DNA of 64,000 bases from the NCBI GenBank assembly GCA_000004985.1, contig GG738865.1, one strand, 5' to 3'. The stretch's first letter is position 1. Each line of letters opens with the position of its first letter. Position numbers and translations under genes: made by a program. Of the stretch, positions 22,298 through 33,263 are shown piece by piece. Source of the stretch: Naegleria gruberi (taxonomy: Eukaryota). A model generated the notes under the pieces. That model did no database searches. It had not been told where the DNA came from and saw nothing but the letters and a program-made list of their open reading frames with translations.

Positions 22298-23746
22298 CTA
22301 TATTGTCTTGATGGTGAGTTTGATGATAGGGAATGTTTGGGTGTTGAGGATATGCAAGAGCGCATCATTGTCGAATCTAACCAGTTTAAAAATTAAATCA
22401 TCCCAGTAGTGAAATGTACAAAATTGGTAGTGAGGAAGTTGTGGAAATTTGGAGCGAATTTTTGAGATTATTGTTGAGAAGTTAGATTCTTGTAGAGTGT
22501 TAGAAATGAGAACTGTTTCGTCTTGGAAAGTGGCATAAACCACAACCCTTCTATCAATAGATTGATTACTACCACTACTTGCGATTCTTGTCTGAATATT
22601 TAACTGTTCCATTGTCGGCGTGCTTGTAGAAAGAAATATCTCTTCATAATCTTTTAAAGTCCTAGATGGGATTGGAAGAGCTGTTGAGGGTGTGAAATAC
22701 GAAGTGTTTGCATTCTGAACTTCATTCTCTAAGGTGGTGACAATAGTTTCATGACGTTCATAAAAGATTGGTTTGATCGTAGAAACATCAACTGGTGCAT
22801 TACGCTTAATATCAGTTTCATTCGACAGTGGTGTTTTAGCATTTTTCTCTTCTTCTATTTTATGAATCTCTGAAGCAGTACGGTTTTTGAACAGTCTTTG
22901 ATTATTTGGCAGTTCCTTATTAATTTTTTCTTTTGAAATGGGTGTCTTTTTTGGAGAGGAGGTTTCTTGTTTCCTCTTTTTTCTGTGCTTTTTCAAAGGG
23001 CCAACAATCTGTCCAGCCAACCGTGGATCGTTGGAGGTAGCTGACCTTGTCAATTTAATTGGTGCACTACTTCTTGTTCTCCTAGTATTTGAATTTGGAT
23101 GTGAGGAATTTGACTCATCATTGTATTCACTATCAGATTCAGAATTAGAGTATAATGAAGAAGACGATGATGAATCTGACTCACTCTCTGAAGATTCATT
23201 CAATACTACCTTTGGTTTTCTTCCTCGTTTAGCCTTCACCTTCCCAATATCACTGGTTGACTCTTGTGAGAAATCAAAACTATGTTGTTTGGCTATTGCT
23301 TTGGCAACCTCCACAACTTGTGGTGTCAATTTGGCATAGAATTCTTCAATTTTCTTCAAATAATCCTTTTTAAATGCTTCCTTCTCCTCTTCAGAACCAC
23401 TAACTGATTGAAGGCTTTTTTTAATAATTGTAGTAATTTCTCTTCTAGCCTTTATCACATCTGCATTATCCTCGATCTTATTAGATATAGAACGCCACAA
23501 ATTAGAAATAAATGAATTATTCTCTAGAAGAAAGGGGGCTGGCAATCCCGAAAGGAATTTGAATAGTTTGACATATTTGCACTCACCACTCGAATGGTGG
23601 GTAAATATACAGTGAGGACATCTCATGGCAAATTTTGAGTCGTCAATTGCCCCTTTCTCTGAACTCTTTTCATTCTTCTTTTCAACAAATAAAACAGGCT
23701 GTTCCTCAGGCTGCACTTGCTTGTTCATATCGGAAATCTGCTCCAT
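22298..23746 (-). CDS. Hypothetical Ser/Lys-rich (probably nuclear) protein with an N-terminal CxxC...HxxxC cluster (482 aa).
   Basis: Long ORF. RCPHCIFTHHSSGEC zinc-binding-like motif. SESESDSSSSSS acidic serine tract. KKHRKKRK NLS-like run. Confidence 0.5.
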   Translation of the reverse strand: MEQISDMNKQVQPEEQPVLFVEKKNEKSSEKGAIDDSKFAMRCPHCIFTHHSSGECKYVKLFKFLSGLPAPFLLENNSFISNLWRSISNKIEDNADVIKARREITTIIKKSLQSVSGSEEEKEAFKKDYLKKIEEFYAKLTPQVVEVAKAIAKQHSFDFSQESTSDIGKVKAKRGRKPKVVLNESSESESDSSSSSSLYSNSESDSEYNDESNSSHPNSNTRRTRSSAPIKLTRSATSNDPRLAGQIVGPLKKHRKKRKQETSSPKKTPISKEKINKELPNNQRLFKNRTASEIHKIEEEKNAKTPLSNETDIKRNAPVDVSTIKPIFYERHETIVTTLENEVQNANTSYFTPSTALPIPSRTLKDYEEIFLSTSTPTMEQLNIQTRIASSGSNQSIDRRVVVYATFQDETVLISNTLQESNFSTIISKIRSKFPQLPHYQFCTFHYWDDLIFKLVRFDNDALLHILNTQTFPIIKLTIKTI

Positions 23747-23833
23747 TCTTCTTTAAACAGATTCTGTAAAATCAATTTATATTTAATAATTTAATAAATT
23801 AAAAAAGGGGTAGAAATTAATAATGGGTTGATG

Positions 23834-23930
23834 GGTTGTCACTGATAAAAAGCCTTGTTCATCAGTGTTTGCTATTATTTTTTTAAAACAAGGCTTGATT
23901 GATTTGGGGATTTGTCTTTTTAGTGACAAC
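23834..23930. repeat. Imperfect long-range inverted repeat / hairpin-forming element in the intergenic spacer.
   Basis: GTTGTCACT...GCCTTGTT (23836-23859) is mirrored by AACAAGGC...AGTGACAAC (23887-23930). A nested short palindrome CACTGAT(23841-47)/ATCAGTG(23861-67) is present. Confidence 0.4.
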
Positions 23931-23994
23931 TCTAGCCGCACAGAAGTAATGAAGCTTTCAATGAAAATGGTCTTTATTTGTACAATGTGGTATT

Positions 23995-25434
23995 TTACAA
24001 CATTTTTATAATTACATCAATATACAATGTGTTATCTACAAGGAATCCACTCTGGGGGTCATTTAATCTTTCTAGAGCGAGTAATTGTTGCCTACCTAAA
24101 CTGGCACTATCTTTTTGAAAGTGTTCATTGAAACATTCGTGTTCTACTGATAGATTTTGCATGTCTTTCTGGTTGACCACTCTGAGGGTAAAGTCACAAT
24201 AGGCACTCGATTGATTATTATTCTCAATGACCAGACTCAAAAATACACTTATATGAGTATTGAATGAATCTCCCAAAGGATAGAGAACTACTTTCCATGT
24301 ATGTCCACCAATTTGAATTAATGGAGAGCTAACATGTTTCTTACTAATTTTAGAATAGTTTGGAATTCTCCAACGATAGTGGGCATGAGCATTTTGTTTG
24401 AATACTTGAACTACATAAATTCCCTTTCTATTTGGATTAATTCTTCCTTCATCTCCTCTCAATACTGCTCTCCTATTCTTGACAAAACTTGTTTCATTGG
24501 TACTATAATATTTGTAAGCCTCAAAAAGTAATTCGTGAGGAACAATATCCAAAGGTTCCACAGAATTCAATAAATATTCAGGTTTAATGAGTGGGAATCT
24601 GATAAAGTCGACTACATTCTTAATGATATCTCTCACAGATAATGTAGAATCTTTTCGGTCAATCCTGATCATACCCCAAGAAACTACCTTTTCTATTTCA
24701 AATTGTTAACAATTAATGATTATAAAGAACTTACCAAATAAATATTCTTCCTTTAAATTTAAATAATCCGATTGAAGAACTTCAATTAATGAATCCTCAG
24801 AAAGTAGAGTGAGGAAAGTATCATTTTCAAAACATTCATCCACATGATCTAATGCCACACTGTAAATAATTATTACTAAATATAATAAAATTACCTTCAA
24901 TAAATCTCAAACATAATTTCTTTAAAAGAGGTAATTCAAGCTCTCCTGCTGCATCAATCAGAGGTACAACATTTGCAGCTGAAATTTGTACTTTTCCACA
25001 ATAAATAAATCTCAAAACTTCCTTGAACACTATTTCCAAATTAATTTTAAAGATTAAAAACCATAAAACCCACCATTTGGAAGAACATTTGGCTTCTTGA
25101 TTGGATTTTCTTCAGAACTGTTACTCTCACGAAATCCGAGAGTGAACATGTTACGAAAATATGGACAACGAGCAGCTAGGACACATTTGTGTGCTGATAT
25201 TAATTCCTGATCATGATGTTCAGATCCAACAAGAAAGAAAACATCTCTGAAATGTTCCATCTGATATAATTGTTCAAAATCCGTACTCAATGTACTAGTA
25301 TCTTGTAAATCAGTTCCGACTAATCCAAAAATTTGATCACCATAATTTTGACTAATATTCAAATCGGAATCATCAAGATTTGGAGTCTCCACACCATTAG
25401 GTTCATCAACAGCTGATCCTAGTTGATGAACCAT
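23995..25434 (-). CDS. BTB/POZ-BACK-MATH domain protein (435 aa), MATH domain C-terminal. complement(23995..24692, 24735..24848, 24895..25029, 25074..25434).
   Basis: Four minus-strand ORFs linked by 44-, 46- and 42-nt GT..AG introns with consistent phases. BTB motifs DVFFLVGSEHHDQELISAHKCVLAARCPYFRNMF and VLRFIYCGKVQISAANVVPLIDAAGELELPLLKKLC. The C-terminal MATH/TRAF-like region contains WRIPNYSKI...IQIGGHTWKVVLYPLG...DFTLRVVNQ. Confidence 0.7.
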
Positions 25435-25680
25435 TTTTTTCTATTTAAAAATAAATTGTTTAATATTAATAAATAATATTTTAAACAATGTTGTAAAACT
25501 CCCAATCCATCGTATTCATATAATTAATGAATTTATCAATAGGATACCTGTTAAGGATGAATATTAAAAATTGTTTTTGTTAACATTTGTATGATGATCA
25601 CGTTGGCGCCAAAACCATGTACAATTCCTACATCATCTTTTTCACCTCAAAGCCTCATCATACAACAATAAAAGAAAAAA

Positions 25681-26793
25681 ATGTCTACAAAAGGTGAATC
25701 GACCCGTTTGAAACCAAAGAATGCACCTCTCATTGAGGAAATTAGTGATGATGAAGAAGAAGTCACAATTGAAGAAGAAAAACCAAAGATTTCAAAGAGA
25801 CAAGAAAAGAGGGAGAGAAAGGCTTCAAGAATGATGGATCCTGCTGCTACTGAAGACAATGATTCCGAAGAATTAAAAGCCCTCAAAAGAGAAGTTCTCA
25901 AAAAAGCATTCAGCACATTTAAAGAGACTGAGGAAAAGAAACAAACAAACAAGTCAGCAATTGCCTACAACTTTATTGTCTTTGTTTTCATTGTCTCAGT
26001 GCTATCCTTATTTATTTTTCAAGCATTTATCATGAAGATTGCACCAACAGATGTAATTACTCCAAAAGAAACTCAGGAATTATTCTCTGGCAACAGCTCA
26101 ATCAAGGCCTTTAATATTCTATTAGGTATGGCATACTCTCCTAGACTTACTCTCCTCTATTTGGCTGTCACTGATAGACAAGTTATTGTGGATCTTTTTG
26201 ACAAGTCTGGATTAGTTTTTGGAAAGGACAAGAACAGCTATCTTGATTTGAGTCTTAAGGTGATGGGGTGTGCCATCTCTCCACGTTTATTCTTCATTTT
26301 ACAGAGTGCCAACGTGTTGATTGATAGACATTATGATCTTGTTGAGAGTGGAACAGTTTTTTCTGTAATTTCAGAACAACTTCAAGACTTTGGAGGTCTC
26401 TACTCTTTGGTTACTGACTCCTTCTGGAAGAATGACAAGACATTTGAGACTCTCTTCTTTTCATTCTCAATTTTCTGTCAAGTAGTATTTTTAATCTTTG
26501 ACTTTGCTTCGAGAATTGGATTTTTCAAGAGAGGAGTTAAATTCTTAATCATGCTTCTCCTTTGGGTTGTATTGAACTCTTACTTTATCCCTCCAATGAT
26601 TTTGTCTTACATGTTCAAGATTACCTATTTCATTCAGCCTGGATTAACTTTGATCATGTACTTGACTGAAAGTTTGGAAATCAAATACGAAAAGCAATTA
26701 CTCGATTCTCAAGAAAGAGAACAAAGAGAAGCCTTCTTAAAGGATGCTCGTGAAACTTTGAAAAAGGCTCAACAATCCAAAAAGCAAGAATAA
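25681..26793 (+). CDS. Hypothetical multi-pass membrane protein with an acidic N-terminal tail (370 aa).
   Basis: SDDEEEVTIEEEK acidic cluster followed by several TM helices. No family recognised. Confidence 0.45.
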   Translation: MSTKGESTRLKPKNAPLIEEISDDEEEVTIEEEKPKISKRQEKRERKASRMMDPAATEDNDSEELKALKREVLKKAFSTFKETEEKKQTNKSAIAYNFIVFVFIVSVLSLFIFQAFIMKIAPTDVITPKETQELFSGNSSIKAFNILLGMAYSPRLTLLYLAVTDRQVIVDLFDKSGLVFGKDKNSYLDLSLKVMGCAISPRLFFILQSANVLIDRHYDLVESGTVFSVISEQLQDFGGLYSLVTDSFWKNDKTFETLFFSFSIFCQVVFLIFDFASRIGFFKRGVKFLIMLLLWVVLNSYFIPPMILSYMFKITYFIQPGLTLIMYLTESLEIKYEKQLLDSQEREQREAFLKDARETLKKAQQSKKQE

Positions 26794-26941
26794 AGGTTCA
26801 AATATTTATTATTTTTTAAAAGTACCTCCAACTTTCACAATATCATAGGTGCTTACTGTCAAGGGTAAGTATTTCAATATGAATCATCAACCCTGTTACA
26901 AAACTCTTAAGAATATTTATTAATAAAAATTCAAATAAAAA

Positions 26942-27502
26942 ATGCAAGAACAATTCACCACACGACCAATCTATCAAAAACTGATAACGGAAGTTTATGA
27001 AGATAGGTTGAGACAATTAATAGAAGAAAGAGATACCCTTTCGGAAAAGTTTTTAAAGTTGTATGTGCTTGTTTAAATATGTATTGTGTAGGAATTTAAT
27101 TCATGATCAATAGTCAGGAATTAGCTGTGCAATTACAAACAATTAGTAGTAAGAAGGAATTTAATACTCTGGTGGATGTCGGAAGTAATTTCTATGTTCA
27201 AGGACATGTGTAAGTGTAAAGATGATGAAATTAAGTTGATTTATATAATTTTGGGGATAAATGATTGTTGAACGCTTTAAATTGGTTAATTTATGGATTG
27301 GATAAACAGACCAAGTACGGAAATTGTTTATTTAAATATTGGATTAGACTTCTTATCGGAATTCAAGCTAGCAGATGCTATCAACTTTGTAAATAATCAA
27401 ATCAAAATTTTGGACGACATGATTGAAGATAAAAAGCAAAGAGCCATAATTTTGGAACAAAACATTCATCTTGCATTGACTAATAATGGATTTGAAAAGT
27501 AA
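26942..27502 (+). CDS. UXT/prefoldin-alpha-like small protein (135 aa). join(26942..27060, 27114..27209, 27310..27502). Not represented as a single ORF in the track.
   Basis: Hand-spliced with introns of 53 nt (GTATGT..ATAG) and 100 nt (GTAAGT..AACAG). The product ...TLVDVGSNFYVQGHVPSTEIVYLNIGLDFLSEFKLADAINFVNN... parallels human UXT [38 protein letters not shown]. The last exon equals ORF 27293..27502. Confidence 0.6.
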
Positions 27503-27521
27503 ATTTATTTTGGCTAGTTCC

Positions 27522-30500
27522 TCACTCGACCAAATCATCAATTACTTTTTCATTCTTTTCAACAAATCCTGGAATGCTCTTTTCACCAATACCAATTTTG
27601 GTGAGCTCGTTAATGGATTTGAATGGTCTGTGTTCGATAATCTTTTCAGCCTTTTTATCACCAATAGTGACAAGCCTCTTCAATTCTTTAACTTCATTTG
27701 ATTCATCATTGATATATTCCAATATCTTTTCAGCAGTTGAGCTACTCTTTAAAGATGCTGGTTTGGATTTTGTTGCTGTCTTTTTCTTTGGTTTCTCCTC
27801 TTCTTCATCTTCATCGACCATCTTGTCGTTGTTAACTTGTTTCTCCTCTTCTTCATCTTTGTAAAGTGCCTTGGTTCTTTCTTCATTCTTGATTCTTCTC
27901 TTCAACTTTTCAACCTTTCGTTGGAGTTTTTCATTTGTTGGGAGAAGAGCAAGAGCCTTTTCCAAGAGTTCCAAAGAACCTCTCTCATTACCTTCCTTCT
28001 TTAAAATGGCTGCTTCCTTAATGTGATTTCTTGCAAGAGCCAGTTTGTCCTCTTTCGTCAACATTCTTCCAGAATCCAATGTCAAATCCATGGACTTGTT
28101 AATGGCAAAAGTGCTAATCTCCAGAAGAGCTGCATTATCGAAGAATACTGCACCAGCTTCCTGCTTTGGTTTCTTTCCTCTTCTGACGGCCTTTGGCACA
28201 AAACTATTCTTTTTCTCCTCTTCTTCCACTTGCTCTTCTTGTTCATTTTCAGAATCAGAATCTTCTGCTGAAGATCTCTTTCTTTTTGGAGCAGTATTCT
28301 TCTTGGTAGCTTGTCTTGTCTTTGGCTTTTCCTTTACAGGAGAAGGTACATTGGTCTTGGTGTAAATGATGGATTCTTCGATTTTAGGATCAAAGATAAT
28401 TCCTTCCAATGGTTGTACTGGTTGTATTTTAACAGGTTTAGGAAGTGTAGTCTCTGTTGTGATCTTTTCAAGTAATGGTGAAGGAGTAATAATGATTGGT
28501 TGAACTGCAGTTGATGTCGACAATTCGTTATTCTTCTTTTCGAATAAATCATCTGTTGTAACATTCTCCAAACCTCCCAATATAGTGTGGAAATCATCAA
28601 CAGGGAAGAGTGTAATATCCTTCTCCTTGATTGGGGAAATTGCTGAAAGATCCAACTCTGGAAGGGTTGACTTAGTTGACGAACCTGGCTTAGTAATACC
28701 TCTTGATTGCAAGCTCTTTAACCTTTGATTTCTTGTTGGAGTTTTGTTATTTACATGATTAGGTTTTTGATTAGATAAATTAGTTTTTGGTTTTTGATCT
28801 GACAATGTTTGAGGTGATGGTACTTTTCTTTGTGCACTCAGGTTTAAGGTTGACTTGGTGTTTATCTTAGAGAGTGAGGTTGTCTTAGATGCAGCTAGTG
28901 ATGGTGTATTGTTGCTAGGTGTGGAAGGAACTTGATTTTCCTTTCCTAATTGCTTGTTGGCAAATGATGGTGTCGAATTCATAGTGTTGGTATTAAGAGT
29001 AGAGAGTGGAGCTCTGTTGGACGATGTTGCTTTGAAAGTCTTAGCCAAAGGTGTAGTGGTAGTAGATACAGATATCACTTTGCTCATTACAATCTCTGGT
29101 GTTCTTGAGTCCTTCTTGTTTGAGGACTTTGGAGCTTGGAATGAAGAGGTTGTTGGTTTAGGAGTAGTTGTTGATTGCTTTTGGAAGAGAGGTGGAGTTG
29201 GGAGCGAATTCATTGTCTTGACACTCATTGGGGTAGAGGAGCTCTTCTTTGTGGAAGTGAGTGGAGTTGAACCAACACTCTTAGCAGAGCTAGGAGTTGA
29301 GCTAGTTGATTTGGATGGAGTAATCTCGTCTAAATCATTTAACATGGCACTCAATTTTCTCTTCATGTCCATAAAATCTGAACCATCAGAACTGACCATT
29401 GTATTAGATGAAGTATTCGAAGCTCCTGTAAGTGCCAAATGTTCCAACTTGGCCAATCTATCCAAAATCTCATCTTGCAACGAAATACTCCTCTTCAAAA
29501 TTGGATTCAAAATGCCTTGTTTCAAATCTTCTTGTGCCTTCTCCAAGTCTTCTTTTGTTGCAAAATTGTTTGGAGCTAAAAGCATCATTTGGTTAATATA
29601 ATCAGCTCCAGACAGAGATTTAGATGTGGAGGTGACTCCAATCTTCTTTTGCGACATTAATTTTTCCTTTTCCAATTGCAAAAGTTTCAATTGTGTATCC
29701 TTATCAGCTCCATATCCTATGTTTGCCATATTTTCCAAGGCTTTTCTTTCTTCCTCATTTTCAAAGTAGCTGGCATTTATCACAGGCTTATTTACAATGG
29801 ATTGTGATTTCATACCAAATCTCAGGGATTTGTGAGTATCTACATAGTGTTCAGTAAATGGAGAAACATTGACAACCATGATTGCTTGAGAAGATCCACC
29901 GAGAGAATCTTGTAACAATCGTGTAAGTTTGCTGTCACGATACGAAACCTTTTGATTCTTGGAATTTAATTGATCTACAACCTTTCTCAAGCTGAATAAG
30001 GATGTATTGATACTACTCGATTCTGCCAACCTAGCACCAGTATTACCAGTCTTTCTATTATCTTCAGAACCAGCCAAATCTATTAAATTAATCTTACCAG
30101 TGAGCCATTGACCTGATCTAGGATCCTTATTTTTCACAGTAAGTGTTAAAATAGCATGAGATCGAGAAGATTGCACGTTGAGTTTCGTTGAGGCAACCTT
30201 CCTATTCTTCATACCCACTTGATAAAATTCCTCACAAAATCCATCATAGGACGTTATTGATTTGATAGTTAGTCCCTTAACAATAATATTCTTACTCTTA
30301 TCTTCATGGAGAGGTAAATCCTTTCCAAGAGATGTGGTTGAATCTTTCGAAGAAACCAACAAGTCAAAGACCTTCTCGTTATAAATCTCCAAGTAGGAAA
30401 CAGATAATTTACAGAGTGGAGCAGAACTATCTGGGCCCTTTCTCCTTTCCACTTCAAATAATAATTGTTGTACTGTTCGAGGAATAAGGCCCATATTTTC

Positions 30501-31001
30501 CAAAGTTTCACCACCCTGCATGGTGTGAGTTTTACCACTTCCAGTCATACCATAGCAAAACACTGTTGTATTAAAACCATCAAAGAGAGTGTCCACTATT
30601 GGTATTATTTCGTTTTGGAAGATTTCATCTTGTGTGGAGGATTCATCATAGGTGGCATCGAATTCAAAACGAATTTCATCGCCAGGATTTCTTGGATCCT
30701 TCATGTACACTATATTGTTCAATGATTGTTGTTGTTGTTGTTCTGATTTGCCAACACGACATGTTTGAAAGCCTGATTTTTCAACTTCACTGGGCAGAAG
30801 AGGTCGGATACGAGAGGCAACTCTTACCTTTCTTCCACCTGTTGTTGATGTGTTATTATTACTAGTAGTGGTGGTGCTGTTGTTGGATATTGATAAACTT
30901 AATGATGGCGAATCGTTGTGTACCATAAAATTTGCCGAGCAACCACGAGGACTCTTTGCAATGCACTGTGTTGACATTTTTTTGGTTCTTATTTTCTTCA
31001 A
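27522..31001 (-). CDS. Kinesin with N-terminal motor, long S/T-rich linker and C-terminal helix-hairpin-helix (kinesin-10/Kid-like chromokinesin architecture), 1159 aa.
   Basis: Motor motifs GMTGSGKTHTM, SSRSHAI, DLAGSED. About 400-aa Ser/Thr/Pro-rich low-complexity middle. C-terminal TPR-like helix (LELLEKALALLPTNEK) and HhH-like segment (KSINELTKIGIGEKSIPGFV). ORF 28954..29601(+) is an antisense shadow. Confidence 0.8.
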   Translation of the reverse strand: MKKIRTKKMSTQCIAKSPRGCSANFMVHNDSPSLSLSISNNSTTTTSNNNTSTTGGRKVRVASRIRPLLPSEVEKSGFQTCRVGKSEQQQQQSLNNIVYMKDPRNPGDEIRFEFDATYDESSTQDEIFQNEIIPIVDTLFDGFNTTVFCYGMTGSGKTHTMQGGETLENMGLIPRTVQQLLFEVERRKGPDSSAPLCKLSVSYLEIYNEKVFDLLVSSKDSTTSLGKDLPLHEDKSKNIIVKGLTIKSITSYDGFCEEFYQVGMKNRKVASTKLNVQSSRSHAILTLTVKNKDPRSGQWLTGKINLIDLAGSEDNRKTGNTGARLAESSSINTSLFSLRKVVDQLNSKNQKVSYRDSKLTRLLQDSLGGSSQAIMVVNVSPFTEHYVDTHKSLRFGMKSQSIVNKPVINASYFENEEERKALENMANIGYGADKDTQLKLLQLEKEKLMSQKKIGVTSTSKSLSGADYINQMMLLAPNNFATKEDLEKAQEDLKQGILNPILKRSISLQDEILDRLAKLEHLALTGASNTSSNTMVSSDGSDFMDMKRKLSAMLNDLDEITPSKSTSSTPSSAKSVGSTPLTSTKKSSSTPMSVKTMNSLPTPPLFQKQSTTTPKPTTSSFQAPKSSNKKDSRTPEIVMSKVISVSTTTTPLAKTFKATSSNRAPLSTLNTNTMNSTPSFANKQLGKENQVPSTPSNNTPSLAASKTTSLSKINTKSTLNLSAQRKVPSPQTLSDQKPKTNLSNQKPNHVNNKTPTRNQRLKSLQSRGITKPGSSTKSTLPELDLSAISPIKEKDITLFPVDDFHTILGGLENVTTDDLFEKKNNELSTSTAVQPIIITPSPLLEKITTETTLPKPVKIQPVQPLEGIIFDPKIEESIIYTKTNVPSPVKEKPKTRQATKKNTAPKRKRSSAEDSDSENEQEEQVEEEEKKNSFVPKAVRRGKKPKQEAGAVFFDNAALLEISTFAINKSMDLTLDSGRMLTKEDKLALARNHIKEAAILKKEGNERGSLELLEKALALLPTNEKLQRKVEKLKRRIKNEERTKALYKDEEEEKQVNNDKMVDEDEEEEKPKKKTATKSKPASLKSSSTAEKILEYINDESNEVKELKRLVTIGDKKAEKIIEHRPFKSINELTKIGIGEKSIPGFVEKNEKVIDDLVE

Positions 31002-31593
31002 CGGTTTGTGTTTTGAATTTTTGGCGGGAAGAAGTTGAACGAATGAATTGGGTTTATTGCAAAATCAAGGCTAGCTTGGTGTAGTTCCATGTCATCAGCT
31101 TGGGAATTAAATGCTCTAATTACTCCTCATTTAGGATTGATTCCTCTTGCATGTTAAATCAAGGTGAGCCAAATATTCAAGATTCTTTGCTGAGAAGATA
31201 GAGGTTGAGTGTACCAAAGTTTTTATTTTGGTGGTTCCATCCAGACAATACCACGTCTACATTTAAAATGTAACGGCTAGTTTGTTTGATATCATAATGA
31301 TTGAAGAATAATATCAACACCTATATAATATGTTCTTCTTTACCATCACCTTCATCTAATTACGAATTCTGCTCAGTACACAACTTCTTGATGTGATTGA
31401 AACCTAATATTTGTGCTCAATCCTTGTGGTTCCATTTACATCTTGTATCTATTTTCAAACCGACGCGCCAAAATTTCGATCCTCTTCCAAGTTTACAAAA
31501 AACTGTTATTCATTTTACTCAGAAAAAATAAATTCAACCTTCGTCACAGTCAGCAACAACCAAATCAACAAAGAAAAAAACAACAACATCAAA

Positions 31594-32085
31594 ATGCCAG
31601 CTAAGACTAAGAAATCCACTGAAAGCAAGGATAAGACCAAGGAAACCAAGAAGGACAAGGTTACCAAGAAGACTACAAAGGCTTCCGGTGATGGTGAAGA
31701 AGGTGAAAAGGACGACAAGAAGAAGAAGTCTAGACATGAATCCTACTCTTCATATATCTACAAGGTCTTGAGACAAGTCCACTCTGATATTGGTATTTCC
31801 ACCAAGGCTATGTCTATCATGAACTCTTTCATCCAAGATATCTTTGAAAGAATTGCCAATGAAGCTGCTCAATTGTGTAGAGTCAATGGTACTAAGACTT
31901 TGTCTTCTCGTGAAATCCAAACTGCTGTCAGATTGATCCTTCCAGGTGAATTGGCTAAGCACGCTGTTTCTGAAGGTACCAAGGCTGTTACCAAGTATCA
32001 AACTTCATCAGGAAAGACTGCTCCAAAGAAGAGAGAGAAGAAGGAAAAGAAGGAAAAGTCTGAAAAGGCTACTGAAAGCAAGTAA
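31594..32085 (+). CDS. H2B: Histone H2B with Lys-rich N- and C-terminal extensions (163 aa).
   Basis: Core histone fold [89 protein letters not shown] at 31594 in an A-rich context. Upstream in-frame ORF extension 31411.. is non-coding. Confidence 0.85.
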   Translation: MPAKTKKSTESKDKTKETKKDKVTKKTTKASGDGEEGEKDDKKKKSRHESYSSYIYKVLRQVHSDIGISTKAMSIMNSFIQDIFERIANEAAQLCRVNGTKTLSSREIQTAVRLILPGELAKHAVSEGTKAVTKYQTSSGKTAPKKREKKEKKEKSEKATESK

Positions 32086-32318
32086 ATTGCTATTGGTAAA
32101 ATCCATCAATACACACAAAAACAACCCTAGGCAACTGTACAAATTAACTTATATAAACATACAAAATTCTTAAATATTTATTGTTTAATATTTCGCTAAG
32201 CTTACAAGTATCGGAAATGTTTTAAAATCATAAAAAATAACTTCACTACTGTTGGAAGCTAATGTGATTGATAACACTTAGTATGAAGTTAATTTCTGAG
32301 GAATCATCATTATGTTTA

Positions 32319-33263
32319 TTACAAATCTTCATTGGAATCAATGAGTCTCTCTTGACCAAAGTTGGCAGTATTTCTCCTCTTGATAGTATCATTACTACTT
32401 GTTACTACATCGGAGGAATTGTGAGTAGTTGTCTTTCCAACATAATCATCATAATCTTCATCATCCTTCTCTTGTTTGGTATAGTCATGATGAACAACTT
32501 CTGCAGAATGATCATCATGTCCATGAGCATGCCCTGGATGAGCATTCTTTGGAATATGTTGTGCCTTAGCCAAATACAATGAAACACTGTGACCACTATG
32601 AAGGAAATGCGAACCTTTGTCTGCTATGATATACATGTGAATAACAACTTCCAAAATTTCCACAACCAATTCCTGTTCCAAAGTAACTTGAGCATGTGCA
32701 AATTCTTCTGGTTTCTCCTCTCTCTCAACAACCTCTGAAGCATACTTCTTTCCAATATAAACAATATGAAGAATGGCAGTAAAACAACTATAGATGAAAT
32801 AGGTTAAAAAGACAAAAGCTTCAAGCCAGTTGACCCATGTTGTGAGTGGTTTCTTTCTCTTGATAGCAATTAATTCTCTGATATATCTGATTGTGAACAT
32901 GAGAATTAACACAGCCATGTAAAAATATGAAATAATTTGGAGTGCCTTTTGTAAATCAATTTCAAATTGTTTTCTTGCACTAGAATTGGTACCGATCAGA
33001 GAGTTTGCTTGTACATAGGTAATTGCAAACATCTATTTCGTTAGTTTGATTTCGAATAAAATATAGCAGGTTACTAATCGTGAAGTAACTTTGCTACATA
33101 CCTTCAAGACTGAGTAAATGTACATCTTGAGTCTTCTATTACCGAAAGTCCACTGATTAAACTTCTTCCACTTTTGTTTGAAACTTTCCCATCCACTTGT
33201 TGGAGCTTTATTATTCGATTGACCATGGATATCATAATAGGGAGTGTGATGATCGTGTGCCAT
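32319..33263 (-). CDS. Hypothetical membrane protein with His-rich cytosolic tail. complement(32319..33032, 33102..33263).
   Basis: Two minus ORFs joined by a 69-nt intron (GTATGT..AATAG, phase 0). Three hydrophobic helices. C-terminal HPGHAHGHDDHSAEVVHHDY histidine cluster (possible metal binding). Confidence 0.5.

Noticed and set aside
28954-29601. 215-aa plus-strand ORF
   Set aside because: Antisense to the Ser/Thr-rich linker of the kinesin-10-like gene. Low-complexity coding DNA is stop-poor on both strands.
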